DNA from: a virus | Taxonomy: Duplodnaviria > Caudoviricetes | Reading direction: 5' to 3' (one strand) | IMG/VR virus record: IMGVR_UViG_3300025018_000183 | Location: 1 to 54,253 of that record | DNA: 54,253 bases | Shown: piece after piece, positions 47,679-54,253 of the stretch | Numbering within the stretch: the stretch's first letter is position 1 | How the letters are laid out: each line of letters opens with the position of its first letter | Position numbers and translations under genes: made by a program | Notes under the pieces: generated by a model | Database searches by the model: none | Told to the model about the DNA's origin: nothing | Seen by the model: the letters and a program-made list of their open reading frames with translations, nothing else

Positions 47679-48237
47679 TCTGCACTTTGGTCATCGTAAT
47701 ATTTTAAAGTTCAATCCGCGAACCCGGCCGTATGAAACGGTCGAGAAAATGGATGATGCTTTGATTTCAAACTGGAATGCCGTCGTTAGTCCTAGTGATG
47801 ATGTATTCAATCTTGGTGATTTGTCGTTTCATCAGAATTTCAATGTAACACTTGAAATTCTGGAGCGGTTGAACGGTCGACATCACTTGATTCTCGGTAA
47901 TCATGATCGGCTTCTTCGTAAGCCGCGATATCGACTGGCGGCTGAGAATTATCTTGAATCGATACAGGACTATGTTGAACTAAATGTGAATAAACGGAAG
48001 ATTGTAATGTGCCATTATTCGATGCGTGTTTGGAATTGCATGCATCATGGTGCAATTATGCTCTACGGACATAGTCATGGTAGCTTGACTGCTGTCGGGC
48101 GTTCAATGGATGTTGGTATTGATTCGTCTGATATGAATTCATATCAGCGACCATTTTTTCTCGACGATGTAATCAATTTTCTTTCATTGAAGAAAATTGC
48201 TATTCATGATCACCATACGAACGGTGATAGTGTATAA
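47653..48237 (+). CDS. calcineurin-like phosphoesterase
   Basis: SDLHFGH, LGD, GNHD, YGHSH. Confidence 0.9.
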   Translation: MNKVFVTSDLHFGHRNILKFNPRTRPYETVEKMDDALISNWNAVVSPSDDVFNLGDLSFHQNFNVTLEILERLNGRHHLILGNHDRLLRKPRYRLAAENYLESIQDYVELNVNKRKIVMCHYSMRVWNCMHHGAIMLYGHSHGSLTAVGRSMDVGIDSSDMNSYQRPFFLDDVINFLSLKKIAIHDHHTNGDSV

Positions 48238-48351
48238 TTGAATTTTAACAAGATCAAAGCCGAATATGAAAAGATTATGGCTTTGGTTTTATTGCGTTGA
48301 TCGCGTTATATAGAAAATGATTTGTTACCACTAATCGGTGAGGGGTTTTAA

Positions 48352-48804
48352 ATGAGTGTTTCGGAAAATAAGCTTATTCTTTTGCGCGGGTTGCCTGGGT
48401 CTGGTAAGTCAACCTTCGCTGAATTTCTTGCTCAGTTTCTCTTTCATTCATGTGATAGTGCTAATGTCAAGGAGTTTAGTACCGATTCGTATTTCGTAAA
48501 CGCCGATGGCGAATACGTGTTTAAGGCTGAGAATCTCAGGCGTAATCATTACAAATGCCAGACGGCTGTTCGTGATTTTTTCATTGGTAACTCGGCGACA
48601 CCACATCGCATTCATAATGTTGCGATTGTTCATAATACGAGTACCACCGAATTTGAAGTAGATGTGTACAAGAAGATCGCTGACGATTTTGGTGCACAGT
48701 TCATTAGTTTGATTGTCGAGAATCGCCACGGTAATAAGAACGTGCACGCCGTTCCTAAGGAAGCAATTGAGCGCATAACGAAGCGGTTCACATTCACACT
48801 CTAA
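48352..48804 (+). CDS. P-loop kinase (AAA_33, polynucleotide-kinase-like)
   Basis: RGLPGSGKST, NVHAVP. Confidence 0.85.
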   Translation: MSVSENKLILLRGLPGSGKSTFAEFLAQFLFHSCDSANVKEFSTDSYFVNADGEYVFKAENLRRNHYKCQTAVRDFFIGNSATPHRIHNVAIVHNTSTTEFEVDVYKKIADDFGAQFISLIVENRHGNKNVHAVPKEAIERITKRFTFTL

Positions 48805-48818
48805 AATGGACCATTGTT

Positions 48819-49787
48819 ATGAAGAAATTAAATTTTGACGATTTAGTTACATCGCGATTAGTGCAGATGCGCCGTCACGATACGTTGCCGCTTACTCTTT
48901 ATAAATATCATCGTAAAGTGTTTTATCGCGGCTTGTTTGAGCAAGACGAACGTCTACGATATGCACGTGGTATTGTTCTTGACGACGATGGGAACGTTAT
49001 TGTCCGGCCGTTCTATAAGATTTACAATTATACTGAGAACGGCGCGGGAACGGATTGGTTAGATTCCGATACTGTGTATGCTGTTCGCAAGCGAAACGGT
49101 TTCATGTTATGCGCAACCCGTTATAACAACGAAGTTTTGTATACTTCAACTGGAACTTTTGATAGTGATTATGTACGTCTTGGGAAGTCAATTGTTGAGA
49201 AGCATGTAGACGTAAATCAATTCTTGGAAAACAGAACGTATATCTTCGAAGTGTGCCATGAGAGTGATCCGCATATCATTCAAGAAAATTGCGAATTGTA
49301 TTTGATTGGTGTGTGTTCAGTTTATTCGAATAGTAATTGGCCATTGATTGACTGTTTAAATTACGAATACGATTCAATTTCATTACAGCCGAATTTATGG
49401 ACTTCAGGATTTGGTGTAGACGATTATGTGATGATGACTTTCGGCCAACTTAAGTCTGTTGTGAAGAACGTTACACACGAAGGCTTCGTGGTTTATCGTC
49501 TTGAAGACAATGCTGAAGTTCGCGAAAGCATGATTAAAATAAAGACTCCGTATTACTTAACTACGAAGTTTCTAACTCGTGCCAAGAAACGTTTGTATAA
49601 TGAAGATGGTTCGATTAAAGTGAAGTATGCAAAACAATATCTCGATGAGGAATATTATGATCTGATTGAATATATTTCACACAATCATTCTACATTCGGA
49701 TTATACGACGAACAAGAACGAATTCGTTGCGTGCGTGAATTCGTTAATAGCCAATGGGAGTATTGTTATGAAAATCTAGAAACTTGA
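48819..49787 (+). CDS. rnlA: RNA ligase 1-like
   Basis: ARGIV, RPFYKIYN, KRNG, TYIFE, EGFVV, KIKTPYY. Confidence 0.88.
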   Translation: MKKLNFDDLVTSRLVQMRRHDTLPLTLYKYHRKVFYRGLFEQDERLRYARGIVLDDDGNVIVRPFYKIYNYTENGAGTDWLDSDTVYAVRKRNGFMLCATRYNNEVLYTSTGTFDSDYVRLGKSIVEKHVDVNQFLENRTYIFEVCHESDPHIIQENCELYLIGVCSVYSNSNWPLIDCLNYEYDSISLQPNLWTSGFGVDDYVMMTFGQLKSVVKNVTHEGFVVYRLEDNAEVRESMIKIKTPYYLTTKFLTRAKKRLYNEDGSIKVKYAKQYLDEEYYDLIEYISHNHSTFGLYDEQERIRCVREFVNSQWEYCYENLET

Positions 49788-49962
49788 ACCGATTGACGAA
49801 TATACTAGAGAATCTATAGTATGACTGTTTGTTTGATATATCGTCGTCACCATTGATATGGTGGTGGCTGTGGGATACATTGTGTAAGATTGTGGCGGGG
49901 ATGATTTACTCTGATTATAGAGAATCCCGATAAAATAAAACTTTATAAAAGGAGAAGGCAAT

Positions 49963-50352
49963 ATGATGAATCTATTTAGTAGTATTAAGAATATTTTTAC
50001 TCGTAATACATTTTCGCAGAATACACTCACTGATTATAATCGATATCGTTATTACAACGAACTGAATGGACCAGTCACCGATATCTTTGCGTTTAGTCTA
50101 CCGGGTGGTACTGAGGGCAATGCTCACGTATCATTTGAGATTACACGGAAATATAATGTTCTTAAGGTTAACATCGATGATCTAACCGCAAATATTCGCC
50201 CGTTTGTCGGTGTCACAGATATTCTCAATGGCATTAATACGCATGAACGCGTATTTAAAACAACTCTTGAGCCTAATACAATACTCGATAGCATTAAATT
50301 CAATAACGGCGTTCTTTATGTTTACATCGTTTACCCATCGACAGACAATTAA
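49963..50352 (+). CDS. divergent small heat-shock (Hsp20-like) protein
   Basis: LPG motif and C-terminal FNNGVLYV; AAGGAG RBS. Confidence 0.55.
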   Translation: MMNLFSSIKNIFTRNTFSQNTLTDYNRYRYYNELNGPVTDIFAFSLPGGTEGNAHVSFEITRKYNVLKVNIDDLTANIRPFVGVTDILNGINTHERVFKTTLEPNTILDSIKFNNGVLYVYIVYPSTDN

Positions 50353-50362
50353 TAGTATCATT

Positions 50363-50430
50363 GCTTCTATAGTCGAGTCGGTATAATATTGGATTCGTAA
50401 TCCAATGACATCAGTACGATTCTGTATTCA
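50363..50430 (+). pseudogene. isolated tRNA-Thr(CGT) relic
   Basis: attgga-ttCGTaa-tccaat anticodon arm, degenerate T-arm, no acceptor 3' strand. Confidence 0.4.
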
Positions 50431-50469
50431 TATACATATGCGCAATTGACCATTGATACTACAACCTCC

Positions 50470-50698
50470 TCTAGAAGCCCATCCAGACGATATACCGAAG
50501 TGGATATTGAATTGTCCCAGTTAACTGGAATATCGTCTGGATGGGCTTCTAGATGTCCTCGCGTAACCTATTGATTTTATTGCTATATCTGTAACCTATT
50601 GATTTTATTCGTAAAAATAATTTTCACATATTCATCATAAAACTATTGACAACGCCGTTCTAGTGTGGTATAATGGTATCGTCAAATGGAAAAACACA
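50470..50698 (+). repeat. full cassette: 84-nt hairpin, twin IHF-like sites, promoter, leader
   Basis: tctagaagcccatccagacgatat/atatcgtctggatgggcttctaga; TAACCTATTGATT x2; TTGACA 50646, TATAAT 50669. Confidence 0.88.
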
Positions 50699-50712
50699 CT
50701 GGCGATTATATC

Positions 50713-51024
50713 ATGGATTACGCACGGCTTCAGGACGAGGTTTTTAGTATCATTGTGGATTTCGTACAAAAATCCTCGCTGGTTAAAGCTATTGATTGCG
50801 GTCTAGACGATCGCGCCGGTTGGGAAATTTATATCTCCCCCAATAAGGATGTCCTGTTCGTTCATCAGAACAGAGTTCGTGATCTGCGATACTACGGTGG
50901 ATTCGAATATGTTGATGATATGTATATATGCACAATTGGCGACTACGTCTTCTTCGAAGACAGTGATAGCCGAGTCGCCGCGGCAATCGAATCAGTCATT
51001 GAATCTGGTATACTGGCGAATTGA
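50713..51024 (+). CDS. early hypothetical protein, paralog of 8012-8332
   Basis: CGLDDRAG, DLRYYGGF, GDYVF. Confidence 0.8.
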   Translation: MDYARLQDEVFSIIVDFVQKSSLVKAIDCGLDDRAGWEIYISPNKDVLFVHQNRVRDLRYYGGFEYVDDMYICTIGDYVFFEDSDSRVAAAIESVIESGILAN

Positions 51025-51091
51025 TTTGTGTTAATTCAAAGTAAACGCGAACAGATTTCCGCGCTTTTTACAAATGTGAGGTAATACAACT

Positions 51092-52084
51092 ATGGCACAT
51101 CAGGTTGAAACAATGGCATATGCTGGCGAAGTTCCATGGCACGGACTTGGCGTTCGAGTCACAGAAGGTTTGACACCAGATGAAATGATGGTCGAGGCTG
51201 GACTCGACTGGGAAGTCGAGAAGCGTGAGATGTTTTATATCGACTCAAATGGTAATCAGAAGCGCGGCGGTGATCAGACTGCATTGGTTCGATCGTCTGA
51301 TGGTATGTTTCTTGATACTGTATCCGATATGTGGAACCCGGTGCAGAACAGAGACGCGTTTAACTTCTTCGACGAATACACTCGTGCAGGTGGTATGGAA
51401 ATGCATACTGCTGGTTCGTTGCGTGACGGTAAGGTTATCTGGGCTCTCGCGAAGGTGAACGATTCGTTTGCGCTGTTCGGTGGAAAGGACAAGGTTGAAT
51501 CATATCTCTTGCTTTCAAATCCGCATCAGTTTGGTCGTGGCGTCGATATTCGATTCACACCGATTCGCGTTGTATGCAACAACACTTTGTCGTTTTCGTT
51601 GAATAGAAAGGCCACGCTAGCTATTTCTCTGAATCACCGTTCTGAGTTTGATGCGGAGAAGGCGCGCGAAGCCCTCTCGGAAGCACATCAGAAGATGACA
51701 GAATATAAGGAGATGTCTGAATTCCTTGCTTCAAAGAAGTTTAATGAAAGTAAGTTGTTTGAATATTTCAATCATGTCTTTCCCCGGGCTGATCGTGGTT
51801 CGAATAGCGTTAAGCACCAGGAAATGATGGACGCATTTCGCAACAAGGACAAGAAGATTGTTTCACGAAACGCGATTCTTGCAGCCGAAACTCTCGAGGA
51901 ACAGCCCGGCGCTGAGTATGGTAAAGGAACTTGGTGGCAGGCGTATAACACAGTTACGTTTATGACCAACCATCTCATGGGCCGTAATTCTGACACTCGT
52001 ATGCAGTCGCTGTGGTTCGGTCAGAACAAGAATCGCAACATCGATGCACTCGGCGCAGCAATTGAATTTGCCAACGCTGCGTAA
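51092..52084 (+). CDS. DUF932 (TIGR03299-like) protein
   Basis: PWHGLG, AGLDWEV, PVQN, TPIRVVCNNT. Confidence 0.88.
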   Translation: MAHQVETMAYAGEVPWHGLGVRVTEGLTPDEMMVEAGLDWEVEKREMFYIDSNGNQKRGGDQTALVRSSDGMFLDTVSDMWNPVQNRDAFNFFDEYTRAGGMEMHTAGSLRDGKVIWALAKVNDSFALFGGKDKVESYLLLSNPHQFGRGVDIRFTPIRVVCNNTLSFSLNRKATLAISLNHRSEFDAEKAREALSEAHQKMTEYKEMSEFLASKKFNESKLFEYFNHVFPRADRGSNSVKHQEMMDAFRNKDKKIVSRNAILAAETLEEQPGAEYGKGTWWQAYNTVTFMTNHLMGRNSDTRMQSLWFGQNKNRNIDALGAAIEFANAA

Positions 52085-52101
52085 ACTATAACCCAACAAT
52101 C

Positions 52102-52129
52102 GAAAGAGAGAGATATCTCTCTCTTTCTT
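52102..52129 (+). terminator. palindromic terminator
   Basis: gaaagagagagat/atctctctctttc. Confidence 0.65.
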
Positions 52130-52146
52130 GTATGCGAAGGAAATAC

Positions 52147-52359
52147 ATGGAGAACTCGATGATAGATCAAATTATACAGCTAGGAAACAAACCAAACATC
52201 ACGTTATTTGAAGCTATTGTTGAATATTGCGAGCAGAATGATCTTGATATTGAATGTATGGCGCCAGCATTGAAGAAAAATCCAAACATAATGTGTCGGC
52301 TACGAGAAGAGGCTGAGGAACTCAACTATCTTGAGAAGAGATCAAGATTGCCATTATGA
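52147..52359 (+). CDS. 33: late-transcription coactivator gp33
   Basis: EAIVEYCE...EAEELNYL...LP; 33-59-32 gene order. Confidence 0.8.
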   Translation: MENSMIDQIIQLGNKPNITLFEAIVEYCEQNDLDIECMAPALKKNPNIMCRLREEAEELNYLEKRSRLPL

Positions 52360-52940
52360 AACCGTTTGATGCATACCGAATGTTTCAGGCAATGAAACTG
52401 CATTACACTTCACCAACATATTCATACCGAAAATATAACGGTAGGACTCGTGTATCAATTGATAGTTTTGAAAAACGATCGGACAAATATTTCTATTCCA
52501 AACTATCAAAGCACGAAGAACCATTTTGGTTCATGGTAATAGCACTGTTTCACAGACCAACCACGTGGATCGGTAATTTACTATCAGATGAAAATGAAGA
52601 AATGTATCGCAAACATAAAGGTGTTCTAACTGCGCTCGAATATACATTCAAGACTGATATGGCGAGATACGATTCATTAGATGACGCTTTTTTACTAAGA
52701 AGCGAATATGGATATCCAACAATATATCAACACTATCGTGAAAAGAAAGTACATGCTGAAACAATTGTGATATGTAATCGTATATTGACATTGTTTCCTT
52801 ATTGGAATACAATAATAACTGATATCGTCATTTGGCCTAGAGATCAATACTTAATCTCTAAGTATGGCGAATTCATCGATATCGATTTGCATAAATATAA
52901 CGACATTATGCGCCAAGTTGATAATCAAATATACTCTTAA
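52356..52940 (+). CDS. 59: helicase loader gp59
   Basis: AMKLHY...Y.Y.KYNG...FEKRSDKYF. Confidence 0.88.
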   Translation: MKPFDAYRMFQAMKLHYTSPTYSYRKYNGRTRVSIDSFEKRSDKYFYSKLSKHEEPFWFMVIALFHRPTTWIGNLLSDENEEMYRKHKGVLTALEYTFKTDMARYDSLDDAFLLRSEYGYPTIYQHYREKKVHAETIVICNRILTLFPYWNTIITDIVIWPRDQYLISKYGEFIDIDLHKYNDIMRQVDNQIYS

Positions 52941-52957
52941 CATAAAGGAAAAACAAA

Positions 52958-53857
52958 ATGACTACATTTGCAGATCTAAAGAATAGCCGTAAGTCGCAGT
53001 TCGATAAACTAAGAGACGGAGCTGAATCTATTAATTCAAAGAGCGGTGGTCAAGATGACGATCGATTCTGGAAGCCAACAATTGATGCAGCAGGTAATGG
53101 TTCAGCTATCATTCGTTTTCTTCCAGCACCGGCTGGTGAAGATCTTCCGTTCGTACGTTATTGGGATCATGGATTCAAGGGTCCTGGTGGTTGGTACATT
53201 GAAAACTCATTGACTTCAATCGGCCAGGAAGACCCAGTAACGCAGTACAATTCTCGACTATGGAATGAGGACGGCTCTGAACAGGCGAAGCGTCAAGCTC
53301 GCGACCAGAAGAGACGCCTCCATTACATCTCAAATATTCTGGTTATATCTGATCCAGGAAACCCATCAAATGATGGTAAGGTTTTCTTGTATAGATACGG
53401 TAAGAAAATCTTCGATATGATTAATAGTGCAATGAATCCAGAATTCGACGACATTAAGCCAATAAATCCGTTTGATATGTGGGAAGGCGCGAATTTTAGA
53501 CTGCGTGCTCGAAACGTTGAAGGTTATCGTAATTACGACAAGTCAACCTTTGATAGCTCAACCGCAATTTCAAAGATTGACGATGAACTTGAGCATATCT
53601 GGAGTCTTACTTATCAGTTGCAGCCGTTTGTCGAGCCAAACAACTTCAAGACTTACGCCGTACTCCAATCGCGTTTGAATCGTGTTCTTGGTTTGAATAC
53701 GAATGATAACGGGAATGACGATGCAACAACATCAACAGCATCCCCCGCATGGGAACCACCGACCACCGAATCGAAAGCCGAAAATCAGCAGCCACCGGCG
53801 ATCGACGATGACGACGACGACTCGTTGGCATTCTTCCAGGGGTTGGCTAATAAGTAA
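52958..53857 (+). CDS. 32: ssDNA-binding protein gp32
   Basis: GNGSAIIRFLP, WYIENS, GANF, acidic tail. Confidence 0.95.
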   Translation: MTTFADLKNSRKSQFDKLRDGAESINSKSGGQDDDRFWKPTIDAAGNGSAIIRFLPAPAGEDLPFVRYWDHGFKGPGGWYIENSLTSIGQEDPVTQYNSRLWNEDGSEQAKRQARDQKRRLHYISNILVISDPGNPSNDGKVFLYRYGKKIFDMINSAMNPEFDDIKPINPFDMWEGANFRLRARNVEGYRNYDKSTFDSSTAISKIDDELEHIWSLTYQLQPFVEPNNFKTYAVLQSRLNRVLGLNTNDNGNDDATTSTASPAWEPPTTESKAENQQPPAIDDDDDDSLAFFQGLANK

Positions 53858-54000
53858 CTAGATGATGTCTAGACGGTATTTCAAAATTGACTGATGGATT
53901 CGTCAACTGAGATTGAAATACTGTCTAGACATCTCTTCTAGAGGCTCGCTAAGCTATTGATTTTGTTGAGATTTATTTCAAGACTAAGCTATTGATTTTA
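53857..54000 (+). repeat. promoterless cassette: 86-nt hairpin plus twin IHF-like sites
   Basis: gatgtctagacggtatttcaa/ttgaaatactgtctagacatc; TAAGCTATTGATT x2; no TTGACA follows. Confidence 0.8.
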
Positions 54001-54009
54001 TTCAATATT

Positions 54010-54252
54010 TTATGTAACGAAACCATATTGAATAAAGGAATCGGTGGTCGATCTGCTGGGTCCAGCAGAAACAATATCGGATTCGCCTTCAGAACCCGAT
54101 CTTGGTTGACGAACATATTGCGAAACGCGATTTTGACCGGTATTCATAATGATTATCGGTCTTTCTTTTTTTGTTGGTGTAATCCTCTGGTTCTGTATAC
54201 TTAACTGCGCATCATTACGAACGATCGTTGGATTTACGATCTCAGCGCTATT
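54010..54252 (-). CDS. 3' end of a minus-strand gene running off the window
   Basis: 80 open codons ending ...FIQYGFVT*. Confidence 0.65.
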   Translation of the reverse strand, partial: NSAEIVNPTIVRNDAQLSIQNQRITPTKKERPIIIMNTGQNRVSQYVRQPRSGSEGESDIVSAGPSRSTTDSFIQYGFVT

Positions 54253-54253
54253 C

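Noticed and set aside
53992-54204. Plus-strand 70-aa ORF
   Set aside because: It starts inside the cassette and is antisense to a longer minus-strand frame ending at 54010.

Overview
A 54-kb segment of a large T4-like myophage genome. Spanin-like genes, sigma70 promoters, IHF-consensus sites and an E. coli-like tmRNA resume context point to a Gram-negative, probably gammaproteobacterial, host. Positions 870-7116 hold about 23 tRNA genes, several decayed tRNAs, several structured non-tRNA segments and a frameshifted TROVE/Ro60-like gene. A circularly permuted (two-piece) tmRNA gene lies at about 11505-11822. Core genes include gp43, UvsX, gp41, gp61, RNase H, gp33, gp59, gp32, a class II RNR, dCMP deaminase, GMP reductase, PhoH, endolysin and spanins. 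There is also an RNA-repair triad (phosphoesterase, kinase, Rnl1), sugar-handling enzymes, and late genes including a DUF285/BspA-like LRR protein preceded by a 3x129-nt repeat. The most unexplained structure is a dispersed cassette seen up to ten times in whole or part: an 84-86 nt covarying hairpin with four TCTAGA-like boxes, twin IHF-consensus sites, a sigma70 promoter and a conserved leader. It sits at the boundaries of accessory gene blocks. All calls are from manual reading; no searches were run.
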